Translations under genes and position numbers: made by a program
DNA from: Klebsormidium nitens
Lineage: Eukaryota; Plantae; Klebsormidiophyceae
NCBI GenBank assembly: GCA_000708835.1
Contig: DF237282.1
Coordinates: 37,019 to 101,018, forward strand
Reading direction: 5' to 3'
DNA: 64,000 nt
Shown: piece by piece, positions 37,501 to 49,900 of the stretch
How the letters are laid out: every line of letters starts with the position of its first letter
Numbering within the stretch: position 1 is the stretch's first letter
Notes under the pieces: model-generated
The model's database searches: none
Told to the model about the DNA's origin: nothing
Seen by the model: the letters and a program-made list of their open reading frames with translations, nothing else

Positions 37501-40500
37501 TGAAACTGCTGCCTGTTGTTGCGCATGCTTGAGTGTACTCAACTCAAAGCAACGAGTATCGTCTCTCAGTCCGCACAGTACATAACAGCTGCGAAATGTG
37601 GAACCCTGGAAGAATCCAATATGTCCACCTGAAGGGACTGCTCGTGACTCAGCCTCGCTCTCAACAAGTAGACATGAATTACAGTGGGCTGGGATTTGCA
37701 AGCCCGACTTGAACCGATTGAAGGAGGTTTTGAAATTCGTCGAACGTGAAGAAGCAGATGGCGGCTTCAGATCTGCAACCTGTAGCGTGCTGACCCCTGT
37801 TGAACTTGGGCCAGAAATTGGTCATCCATGCCACGTGCTTTGGAATGAATCTCTGCATTTTGCGTGAAATTGACTTATAACATTATGCGTTCCGAATCGT
37901 TTGCTTCTATGCTTGTGCCTGCTTCCACGGGTGACTCTGGCAAATTGCAATTGAGAACGGCCTCAGCTGCGGCTAACGGACCAGTTGACGGACAGCACTG
38001 CTGCTCATCACTGCATCCTAAAGCATCTTCCAAAGCAAGCAAACGGGGAGAGATGACGGTCGCAAAAAAGCATCTCATCGAACTCTGATCGACTAACTCT
38101 CGACACTGACATTGGCATGAGTCCGCACGAATGACAAGCGCAACCTGCGGTAGTAGCAATTCAGGATTCCGACGGAAGGCGGTTGAGCCTTCAGCTTGAC
38201 GACCACTGTCCTTTACGAACTCTCAAGATCCTTTGCATGTAAGGCTCAGGTGACGGAAACGATAGTGGGGTTAGCCCCCAAGAGCAGACCATCACGGCCC
38301 ATAAATACATCTCACTCAACAACAGTGTCCCGTTTTCAAAGCAATGTAAAAAGAACAGGCGCGCATCGCAAACAATTGACCTCTGATTAATCAAGTTGCC
38401 GAAAAAGGATGCTAGGCTCAAAGCAGGCAATGAGAGCCGCTGCAGAGTGAGCAGTAACCCACAGTTAGAGCCGTTCACTTTCATGCCGTTCACTTCCATA
38501 AAAGTTGAGCGCTGTTTGCGCAACTGGGCAGCTGAGAACAAATTAAAAGTTGACATAACCAGTGCCCGCCGGTCTGAGAGCAGGACTCGAATCAATGCAG
38601 CTGGCGATATTACTCGAGCTACACCTGGTGATTCGTGGAACGAAAGGGCCGGCAAGGGTTTATACGAGCATACAGTAAGCATACAGTAAGCATGCTCTGA
38701 TGATCGGCTTCCGACTAAGTACAGAAAAAGCTTGGACCCGCCACGGGCCAAAACGCGTCCTGTCAGTGCCACATGTCCATGTCACGAGATGGAACTGGCT
38801 TCAGGCCAACAGGAACCGATGAGAATGTGTCCTCGTCGCAGAGCGCATCATTGCCTGGTGCAGCAAGTGAGCCAAACTCGTGCCTTTAGTAAAGGGGTGT
38901 CCATTGTTGTCACACGGCTGATACAGCTGGCAATGCTCTTTATGATGACCTTCACAAAAACCACTGGCAACTTGAGAAGAGGTACCTAGGGACAACATTG
39001 CTGCCGAGCACAAAAGGTAAAGCCAAGATATCCTCGAAGCATCTCGGGAAAGTGCCCGCCCACACTGCTGTTTTCAATAGTGGGCCTCTCAGATTCGCAA
39101 CATATAGGCCCAACCAGACGACGAAATCTAGCTTGCAGCGTCTTACTTGCGAAACCGACCAATGGTCTGAGCAGTCGCGCTAAGACATTGGTATGAAGAT
39201 TGAACTTGATTGACATATTCACATCGGAAAAAGTGCAGATTGCACGGCCCTGACAAAAATTGAACTTGAAGCAATCAAACGAGCTGCGTAACATAATGCC
39301 CACATTCTCAGGTGGGCCGCAATCATTTTAGAAAGGTGCTTGTTTACCAACGACCGACTCCCAAACTCCAAAGAACCGACGGCTTCAGAGGCCCAAGAAG
39401 CTTACTTCTCAAACCTGAGGGTTAACCCTCACTCGAAGCGGGCCTCGTTTCATCAGCATTCATCTGACAAGTCGTTCAATCTGTCCCAGCGCAGAGTCAT
39501 GCTCAGAAATGACTAAAACATTCACGGATCCATTATTTTTGCTGGAGACGTTCGTTTCCAGCGAGACGGTGATTTATGGAAACACGAAAACCAATGCACT
39601 AAAAAGGTTCCTGAGCAACTTGTCATGCAACAGCATCACAGGAGAGGCAGGACCAACAGAGTCTTGGTAAGGGCGTGTACGACACGCGTACGGTATAAAT
39701 GTTGCTCTTATTTGACTTCCGCAAAATTCTCGAAAGTACAGCACAATTCACTGAATATCGCTTTAAAAGTCACTCCCAACGTTTTCCAGTGGAACTTCCG
39801 ACTTCAAATCAGTACAGAATCAGTATTGAAACAACGGCAGTAGCCTTGGCAACACTTTCACAGGCGGTGATAGGATGGCGCCAACCAGACGGCTTGAGAC
39901 AGAAGCAGAATAACCAAACGAAGGGCCGATCTGCGAACTGAAGTGCAGTCACGAAGTAGCTTCAGCACTCATGCCCCTGTGACACATGAGGAAGGTTTTG
40001 AGGATCATCCAAGTCAAACAAAAAACAGCAGTACCTGTGCAGCGCCGTCGATTCTCCAGTGTCGGGACAAGAGCAGCAGGTTGATGTTCCGTCGGCAGAT
40101 TGGACAACGGCACGGGGACAAGGCGGAGCTGTGCTGCCAGGCGCGCAGGATGCAATCCCCTGCAAACACGCAGTTCTCATTTCAGTTGATCTCGTAGAAA
40201 ACTGCAGAGGATTGAGAAGAGAGCCGTGCATCTCTGCACGTTCCCATACCTCACACATTTGAGCCGTCAGACTTGAAGCGTTGAAACCAGTGGGCTTTAT
40301 GGGGACGGACTTTGCAGACAGGATGAAAGTAGAAACGAGATGACCTCCGACAGTCTATAATCAGTTTTTGGGTTGGGTTGAGATGCGCGGATTCTGATTA
40401 AGCAGGAGCATTGCAGGCCTACGGTGTGGTGACGACGTGAGAGTCTGATGTTCGTAGGTATGCTGCTGCTAACAATTGGCAGATGCACACAGACTCTTTG

Positions 40501-41551
40501 ATAACTTTTCCATGTGGGCAAAGCAGTCCTGTGGGGATGGCTTAAGGACTACAGCACAAACGTAGAAGTCATTGGCTTTCTGTGCCAGCCTTTTCGCTCT
40601 GGCTGTGCTTGTTGCCTACAAAGTGGCCAATAAAAAGAGACACAGGTGCATATTAGGCCATATCTTCAAAGCCAATAAGAGAGTATTTTGGACAGAACAT
40701 ACAGGATGTACAAGTGACAGAGAGAAATCAACCCTGCGACGACTTGCGCTCCTTCGACCAGTTTGGGAAAGAGGGAATACTTAAGCCGCTAAATGGAGCA
40801 GTCGTCTCACCGCAGAACCAGTGACTGCAGTTTGCTTGGCACGGCATGGTAAACTGGTCGTGGCAGATGCTGCACATCTCGTCAGGGGGGGGTAGATCCG
40901 CATCCTGCAGCAACCCCCCCCTCGCGTTGGCCGAGCCTGACCCATGCTCTGAGAGGGGGCTACATGCTCCCTGTCAGAACGCCCCCTCAGACGGAGCCAC
41001 GCGTTGCGGAAGAAGGCGCGAAGGGAGCGGACGCATCTCTTGAGTAAAGGAAGGCTACCCCTGGAGAATGTATACAAGAAGCACCATGAGCGTTCTGGCT
41101 TCCATCAACAGAATGTAAGAAGAGACGTCAAGGGCTTCCGGCCGCTCGTCGGCGGGTCAACTTCTATCAGAATATGTAACAAGGCTTGTCGGACGCAAGC
41201 GCGCTGAGAGTCTTTGCAGCCATCGAGAAGCGTACTTCTGAAGATTGACATATCGTCAGGGAGTTATGCACACATAAGCTGAGTGAGCAGTGCATCAAGG
41301 AGGTTTTAGGGTGGCACCAGGTAAAAGATCCGCAACCAAAGCGATCGATGTTTGTTCGTATTTCTTCGATCAGTTTCTTTAAGAGCTTCGATCTCGGTCA
41401 GAAATCCATCTTCCCTCTCGTCTCATCAAGAAAGACAGGCCGGAAACATTTCCACTCACCTAAGGATGGGCTGACCAACAATGAGAATAGGCCCAAGAGC
41501 AAACAGTGCGTAGATTAGCACCTCGTCCCCAATGCCCTTGACGAGCGGCAT
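34520..41551 (-). CDS. RNF170: RNF170-like membrane RING E3 ubiquitin ligase
   Basis: Exon 41460-41551: MPLVKGIGDEVLIYALFALG. ~40811-41055: CSICHDQFTMPCQANCSHWFC. 40035-40159: GDCILRAWQHSSALSPCRCPICRR. 36222-36392: DIAKYNRLFGG...LRDAPLLLRR. 35051-35102: TYLVSPFDIIPE. 34520-34626: ILGLVGFIDD...LYR. GT-AG phases agree except for one discontinuity inside exon 2. Confidence 0.88.
35436..35725. mobile_element. Tc1/mariner-type (Stowaway-like) MITE, 290 bp, inside an RNF170 intron
   Basis: Perfect 27-bp TIR ccgtagtccaacgtgatgattccgaac / gttcggaatcatcacgttggactacgg. TA flanks both sides (35434-35, 35726-27). The interior is AT-rich with repeated ttccga. Confidence 0.9.
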
Positions 41552-42312
41552 CACTGTCGCTACTGGTTAACGAACGGGCAGCTAGCGGTCATATTACAGC
41601 ACCTGTACAAATTGGGGGAAGCTAACGCGGCCTCCTTTATTGCTGCTTGTGAGCCGCTAGCGGTTTGTGAGGGCCTAATACCTTTCCGATTTTATAGTCC
41701 TGATCAGCCACGTGCTGTCACCTCTGCTGTGAGTTCAGCTTGAATGTTGTACACCTTTCGCTCCTTTACTTAGATATGGCAGCCTACCATACCCTCAGAC
41801 CGCAACCCCACTAAGTCTGCGCTTATGGTATCAGCAGCGGCAGCGGCACTCTGATGCCTGCAAACAAAGATACTCATCAATCATGTCAACTGTGCGCAAA
41901 GAACCAGTCGGCCGGCTAAACCCTAATGCCACAGACCTGTACAATATGCGGTGTCCTCACAGCACGTGAAATACTGCATGCACGATGAGGGGTGACTCCT
42001 CTACCTACAATTGCTAGCTGATACTGACTGGCTCCTTTCTCCTGATCATTTTGACTGCCTTTGGTGGCAAGCGCTTTTGGCTTCAAAGCAAAGGCCATTG
42101 TTCGTTGAGAAAATCAATTATGATTTTCTCTGCAAGCTCTCAAGCAAGGCAATGAAGCAACACAAACAAAGAGCAGAGGAAGTAAGCACAATGATCAACA
42201 CCCCCAAAACCTCGTCTCCCCAAAGAAGCATATGACATTCCCCCAACCCTGATCGCAAGTACAGGCTACAGCCTCCAAGCACCTGATCAACGGCAACCTT
42301 GACAAGAAACCT

Positions 42313-43121
42313 TCAACCAGGCTTCAAACGCTCTGCATTTCGTCGTGTTCTCACTTTGAGTAGTGCCAGAACCAGCAGCACCAGCATGAAGGCTGCTGTG
42401 TACATATCCACTTGGAAGACCTGCTGCACAACTTCTTGGGGGCGCGCAGCTTGCCCGTTTTGTCCCCCCTCCCCACGGCCCCTTGGTCCGTCGGCCGAGC
42501 TACTCGAGCTGCCAGCACCACCTTTGGGATCCATGGACGCAGCAGGCGAACCACTTGCAATGAAGCGCGCTCGTCACCACATGCAGAGTCAGCGCAGACG
42601 GTGACACACACTTTGCTCAGGACTGAGTACTCCTGATCAACAGACGACGGCCGACACCCTGAGCCAGCTTCCCGCGCGCACCTGAGCGCGCGCTTTAAAT
42701 AGCGTTCCGTAAGCATTCCGCTCATTCCCGCATGATACGGAACAAGCTGTGGCCGGAACGTTTCGAAACCTTCAAGGCAGTCGCAGCGCGGCTGCGCGGC
42801 CGCGGGAGTCTGCGCGCCGCCCGGCGCCGGCCATGCAGTGAGTCGATCTGAACTAGCGCTGGCTCGCGCCGCTAAAGCTGTGACGAAGTCAACGACATAT
42901 GGCTTGATGGCGGCAGGTGAAGCTGAGGTGCGACCTTGAAGATGGATCAGGCTGAGGCGGCGCGTAGCCTGTGCAAGGGGTGAAAAGGGGTGCAGTCTGC
43001 ACTCTGTGGACCACCATGCCAGATAAATTGCCAGAGGCGCAGGCAATGATGAGAAGCAAGTTGCTGCGACTTCTAACAAGGGACTAGAGGCCTCGTCTTG
43101 GTAATCCTTAATGAGGTCCAC
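42313..43121 (-). other. Coding-like segment of unknown identity (possible small membrane protein or pseudogene)
   Basis: GC-rich open frames. One frame gives MDPKGG...YTAAFMLVLLVLALLK followed by a gtgaga donor. No family recognised. Confidence 0.25.
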
Positions 43122-43192
43122 TCTGTTTCTGATTTTGAAGTTGCTTATGTCCGTCAGAAGTCAGCGCTGCCAACGCATCTGGACATCTGAAG

Positions 43193-45625
43193 ATGTCTCG
43201 CCCGGCGGTGGTGCTGCAAGATGTAGCCTCGAAGGAGGAGCACAGGCTCCCCCTGTATTATGTTGAAGAGATGGAGGGTCAAGTGATGGGACACCTTTCT
43301 TGGGACTGTGTTCTAAAGGCATTCAAAGCCAGTGAAATTGAGATAGAGGGGAAATGTCTACCCTCAGTTTTCAAGTCGGGAATTAGGGCAGGGTTGACCA
43401 GAGATTGGTTCCATTCTGGCACCGTCGTAAAAGTAAACGTTGAGAAGGAGGATGAATGGCCCCAGCTGATTGCATCCGGACTTGATAGCTTCCGGGGACT
43501 TCTGAAGCAGGCGCATGTAACGTGCATAGATCCTGAAGTGATGGAAACAATTGCCCGGCATCTTCCTTGGCACATGTTAGTGGCTTACACGCCTGGCCTG
43601 GCTCTGGACCTCTACGAGCGAGCACAACTGATTCCGGGCGAGTCAACGCGAACGCACCTGCTAGCACAGCATGGAGTAAGAGTGGGCGGTCCATTCTTCT
43701 GGGGGTAAGTTTCGGTCGCTTAAGCAAACCCCTGCGCTCCATAAAAGTTGCAGCAAGCCAGTTCACATAGCAAGGTTAGCAAGAACTGGGAACTCGTTTA
43801 GCAACAAGCAACGGGGGCTCCAAGACTTCTTGGGCAAAAAGAAGACAAATCAGTCATGAGACTCGATTCCTACTTTCACCAAGCACCCTTGGATACTCTT
43901 GAGCTGTCAACTCATTACAGATTGCTGAGTGGCGTGTGCTGATGTTAGGTTATCTTGGCTGTTCTTCATGGTGCTGGGCCGGTTGAAAGTTGAGCATCCT
44001 TCTTTTCAGAGCTCTAGTAAGTACGAGACTTCGAGTCGGATTGTTTTTGCCTAATTGGGTCAACGCTGCCTCGTTGTCTGTTTCGTTCCTGCGCTCTTGT
44101 TGTATAGTTGCTTCATAGCTTGTATTTTCCTTGCCGGGGGTGGAATCTTTAAGTCCTTCATCCCTTTTTTGTGTTGACCACGACATCTCCGTAGCTTGAA
44201 AGCCTACATTGCTAAGAAACCCGGAACAAACCCGCTCCACGCTTGCCATCTCAAATAAGCAGTTGCGCTGAGCGATTGTCATGGGGACCGGCATGGCTCG
44301 AAAGCTATGAGAAAATCGTGACTGGTTCTATGCAAAACATACACTCCTGACCACGGACACCTTTGATGTTGCCTCGATCAGCACGAGAAACTGGCTTTAA
44401 TTTGTATGTTCAAAGCTGTTTCGAACGCCTTGACTACCTCAAAACATAGCCGTCTGAAGGGCCTCTGGTACTCTGGAGCATTTTGATCAGGCTAACCGGA
44501 ATCAGCGTGCGCTGCAGAAATTGGAACTGTGCCTACACCGTCGAGGATTGGTCGCCCTCGTTGCTGCAGGGCGTCGATCGCCAAGGCCGGCCGCGCGTCG
44601 TAAAGTTCCTGCGCGCGAGCGTGCCAAGCGACGGTTCGGAGCAGCCAGGCGGTTCGGAAGCGCGCGCGTGCCGCGCCCTGCTGCCTGAGGCAAAGTGGGA
44701 AGGGATCCCCCTGATCGACGCAGAGGTGCTGGAATTGACACTGCCCGAAATGGACCGGTCAACGGACCGCCCGCCGGGCCGTTACGCAGTTCTTGTGTGT
44801 CAGCAGTACTGCGTTTCGGTCGCTTCGATTCTGCAGCTGCCGGAGGTGGCGATCGAGAGAGAAGCTCGGAGTATGATTACGGCTCTTTCTTACATGCACA
44901 ACAAGGGGTTAGTACATATGGACGTTAAGGTATGCGACTCAGAATCTTTTCTTAAGTTGGTTAATCTTTTAACGTGTACTCAAAACCCTGTTGTCTTTGC
45001 TGAATTTTGATCACACATATCCCAGAAATGGCCAATTGGTTGCCTTTGAGTGCGCTACTTCCATATTTTCTTTGCAGGCCAACGCGCCGGGAATTTGTTC
45101 GGACTGTTCGGATGTTGGAATACGCTTCAATATTACAAGCAGGGCCAGGCACACTTATGCCCACACTGCTGCTCACTATTCTTGGGTCCTACAGAAGTCA
45201 CTTGAACGATGACGCGCTTCGAGCTGACTTTAACCCGACATTAGGCCAAGTTGGCGTGATTGACCAAGACGAAAAGAGATGCCGTCCGTGTGCAGAGCGA
45301 GAACGTCTTCATCGACGCGGACGGGCGGTGGTTCCTGGGAGACTTCGGGTCCACTGTCCCCGTTGGCGCACCTGTGGTTTCTACCACAAGATGGTTTACT
45401 GCGTTTGACTTGTTCGGATCACCCGCGAAGGAAGAGTACGACTGGTACATGTTGGCCGTCATGCTGGCAGTCGAACTAGACAAGGATGATTGGAGGGACC
45501 GCCTGATTGTAGGCTCCCATACTCCACCGGCTAAGCTTGTGGCCGCCTTGCAAGTGGCCAAGAGCCCAACTCTCCTCAACCTCATCAAGGAGATCCTTCA
45601 ACTCGCGGGTGTGTCAAACAGCTGA
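43193..45625 (+). CDS. Divergent protein kinase with an unidentified ~150-aa N-terminal domain, 3 exons
   Basis: Phase-consistent exons 43193-43704, 44518-44929 and 45296-45625. Motifs: RVVKFL (VAIK-like), ALSYMHNKGLVHMDVK|SENVF, WFLGDFG, YDWYMLAV. No canonical GxGxxG or APE. Confidence 0.8.
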
Positions 45626-46311
45626 TAAGTTTGCCTTGGAATGAACCTGATTCTTGTTGGATTCTGGTCAGGTAGTCAAGTCATTGTTCCAGCCATATCA
45701 CATTCCGAGGCACATTCGTCAGACTGGTCAGACGGTATGCCTTTTCGTCCGCCATGGTGTGACGGTTTTCATGATGTCATATCCATGCGATCGCCGATTG
45801 ACTGAGCCGTTGTTCACGTTTCGACTAGTAAACACATCTTACAAGATGGTCGGGGCATGCGCGGATCCAAGGAAGAACTTACCGGTCGGACTCACTTTTG
45901 ATCGCATGACAGGGACACTGAGCCCACGCGTCCTGCCGCGCATGAACGATTAATAAAATTCCATTGCTTCAATTATTGAAATGAATTGTTAACATGCGGC
46001 CCGGCCCCATATGCAATTCTCGAGCACTGAGACCATGCTGCTGGGACAGAACAAACCTCCCATGCATGTAGTGCAACGAGTGTTCCGCCGGGTCGGGTCA
46101 AATAATTTCAAGTTGGTGGATTGTGGGCCGCACGGCGCCATGCCACATGCAGCTCCGGGCCCGGGGCCGCGGCTACATAGAGTCATGTCGCTGTATACAT
46201 AACTTGTCCGGCCAACGATCATCATGCACACCGTCGCAGTACAGTCACTGAGTCGTTGAAGTTCCATTGGATATCAATATCATGCACAATGCATCTCAGC
46301 CAGCTCCACAT

Positions 46312-46341
46312 CCGCCATGTTGCATTGAATGCACATGGCGG
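46312..46341. other. Short near-perfect palindrome
   Basis: ccgccatgt-t-gcatt-g-aatgc-acatggcgg. Confidence 0.6.
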
Positions 46342-46979
46342 CAGTAACCGTACGCGTCCGATCACATCCGACAAATAGACCGTCCATCATTTGGTTGAAG
46401 TCACATGTGGCCAGTGGGACACGGTCACAAACGCGTTATTATAACCTCAGTATGTGGTTAGTGACGGTCCGTCCGTTCATCTGAGCCAAATCGAGAGCGC
46501 CAGGTCTCACTGAGCGCTTAGAGTTGTTAGGGAAACTCGACCGGAACTCTACCGGACTGCCCGGCTGCTTCAGCCGGCAGAACCTACATCCTGTTGCTGT
46601 GCGTATAAACTACATCACTGTCAATCAACTCATTGTACAGCAAAGCACGACAAAATCGACGGAATTGAATTACTCGGAAGTTGGAGTTCATCTGCGCCAG
46701 CTGAGCTACAGCGCCGCCGCAGCAGCTTTTCCGCTCCACAAATTCTACGTACCCTCCTTTATAGCCCCCGGGTGCGGATGCTCTTATGTACATTTTGCCG
46801 CCCGGAGACTACTTGCGGACGTCAGGCTATGCGTATGCTTATGCTTGCGGACGCTAACGGTCAGTGAGGACCACGCATGGTCCTGGCTTGCGGTGTGGAC
46901 GTGTCAGAGGGTTTTCCGGCTTTAGGGGTAAGATTCTTGGGTTTTAGGGTTCAGGGCCCCTCCGCTGCTTGAACCCGCG

Positions 46980-49900
46980 TCAGAAAGAAATAGCACATAA
47001 AATAAAGAGGCCAAGAACCCAGACTGGCGGCCGCAATATGGGACTTGAAGCCCCCCTTGAAGATCGAGACGGGTTGCTCGAGACCTCCCCTTCGGTCACC
47101 GAGAGTGGGCTGACGGTTGCTGACGTGTTGACGACACGGCTCAAGACGACGGAGCTTAGATTCAGGGCCGTGAGGTTGACGCCTGACGTCAGGTTTGCTG
47201 CAAACAGAAAGCCAAAGGTGTCAAATACGTCACCCGAAACTTCCAAAATCTCTGGAACTTTTGGACACCGGAACAGGGCAATTTGGGTGAAACACGACAA
47301 TGCATCCAGGCCCGGAAAGTTGCTTGCCGTGTCAGCGAGTTAACATTAACCGACCGCGTTCGAGACGGACTAGACTTCCAGGGGCGCTATGTCAGTAAGT
47401 TCCGTAGACAGAGAGCCACGTGGCACCCTCATGAAGGGCCGGGAATGTCTTAGCTGCCACCCAAGGTCCATTCGACAAACGAACTCGCTTATTCAAACAC
47501 AGTTTCGTGACCTATCAGCCATTTTCATGTTGGTAGCTTCGTGGCCTCGACCCAGCCTCGTCTCTTTTCTGATCACTGTAATATTTTCATCATCTTTCTT
47601 GGCTTGTCAAAGGAAAGGTTCAAACACAGGGCGTTTTGGCTGCTAGAAGAGCTGATTACCAGACCCAAGTCTAGATTGTTGAATAAAACACTGGTCTTCA
47701 ACCTTGTTCCATGGCTCGTTACCGACCAAATCTGGCTAAACGACCCGTAGCCTCTTTTGCACCGGCACAAAGCCAGCCCATATTCACCCAAGGTTAAGTA
47801 CCAAAACCCCTGTTAGAGGAGCTTACCCGTAGCTGCGCTCCCGACGCCCACGTTTGACCCCAACGGGTAACAGACAAACCCGGTACCGTAAAACCCGGGG
47901 TTACAGGTGCAGGAAACGCCGACCGGTTGGAGGGCCGGAAGGAGATCCCCGGTCGCATCTCGGGAACACAGCAACGTCGGATCGCAATTTAGGCAGCCTG
48001 CAAGAGAGAAGAATCTTGGTTGCTCATTACATTTCAGAAACAACGCAGGATCGCAGTTCAGGCAGCCTGCCACAGGGGGAATACAGATGGATTCTACGTC
48101 GAACTAGGACTGGGTTGGGTTAGGTGACTGCACGGAGAACAGGTAGGGTTGGTTTGGGGGTCAAGGATGGTTAGGATTGCAGAGCGTGTTGAGTTTGGTT
48201 TGGATTGTCACTTTGTGCGAGCCCAAGGCACTGGTGCAACTCAAGGTAGAATTCATTCAATGCAGGTTCAAGAATGTACAAACGAAAGTTTCGGGTGCTA
48301 GTCGATCTAAAGAAGAGACGAAGTACAAACACATGCTTGCATTGAAGTCCCTGTACGCTCAGCGGCTCCATCCATCTGGCGGCAAACGGAAATGCGACCA
48401 GGCGCCCATTGGCAACGTTTCTATGTTATGGCCACCTCTGAAAGAGCTTGCGACCGTATTTGGCCACCAAAATGTTACAACCGAAAGTGTCGGCAAAGCC
48501 ACAGAGGGGGACATGCGTTTATTGAGCTTCGGCTTCTGATTCCGTGAGTGGCAGGCGGCTGATAGGCTGTCTCCAGAACGGAAGAGATGAAAGGAACGTC
48601 GATCGGGGAATAAAGTGCCCGACGGCCCTTCATGACAGTCTTCGATGCGACGGCTACAACAAAGATGTTTTCTCAGGCGCGTCAGTCAATCGTGTCGGAG
48701 GCGTGTAAGATTCACCCTCCGCTTGTCTGAAGCCGTTCCGCTGCCTCAAAGCCCTATCGCGGCAGAGGGAACGCAACTCTCGGGCTTTCAGTGCTCGCAA
48801 CATGGCAAAGAAACCCAAGGCCGTCATCTAAGCAGATTCAAAGGAAGGAAGCAGATCGAGGATGCACACAAGAACTCATGGTAATGGGTAACAATAGAAG
48901 CTCTGAAGTCATATTCCGCTCACTTCCGATTGCGACGCCTGCTACCGGATCGCCCGCGACGTCGACCTCCAACGGAACTGACGGACAGAAGGCGGTGCCG
49001 TCCCCTTCTCCGGTTAGCCCCACAAACACTGCGTTGCCGTAACCCTGAAACGAGGTTAGCAAGCGTTAGCAACGGGGTTAAGCGTTAAAAAAAGGGAATG
49101 AAGTACTGAAGGCCGTGCTTTGATACTGCCAGGCCAGCTCCAGAGACACAGTGTTGGCACATGTTGAGAGCACGAAAATAAGAGAAAAGAAACGTGTCAG
49201 TCTGGTAACTCAATCCTGGGATAAGACAAGCTGGGCCATCAATTTGGAAACGTATCCGTGAAAACTGTCAATTGAATGTTTTCGGGCGATTACTGTCGAA
49301 AGTCATGAAGCGCATGACACAGCTTTTGGATTGGCGTGAATCGGAACGAGTGAAGGGCCTGTGTATCGGTTCGCGACCAACCTTGCTTTGGGCTACTTCT
49401 GACCGAAACTGATCGCCGCCGGAACGCCGTACCGATCGCTCCAAAAGTGATGCGTGCAATGTAAAGGTTTGACGACAAGGAGATTCCGAAGAGGCGAGGA
49501 CCGAAAGAATCCAGACGAGTGACGGCTAGCAGACTTTTACGATAACAAATATGCAATTGTTCGTTGTGGTGTGGCAAACTCGCCTTGCTTTGGGCTGCAT
49601 TTGACTGGAACTGGTCGCCGCCACAGAACGCCGTGTTCGCTGCGCCGTACGTGAAAACCGCTCCTCCAATTGGGGCGGAGTTGCCAGTAAACCGGTTCCC
49701 GGCGAGAAGAGCGCTTCCCTGGATAAAAATTGCGCCGCCGCCGGACTGCACATCATTCCGCAAACCCGTCAGGACATTTCTTGGATATTGGTTTCAGGGT
49801 TACGCTTGGCCACACGACAGTCAACGGTCAACGGTGCCTTTACTAGGTCTACATGCTGTCATCAGGCTTATCTGGGCAACCTAATGAAGCGGTTTTCAGA

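Noticed and set aside
46922-46957. Telomere-like tttagggg / ttttaggg / ttcaggg words
   Set aside because: Only 2-3 degenerate, non-tandem units; too few for an interstitial telomere call.
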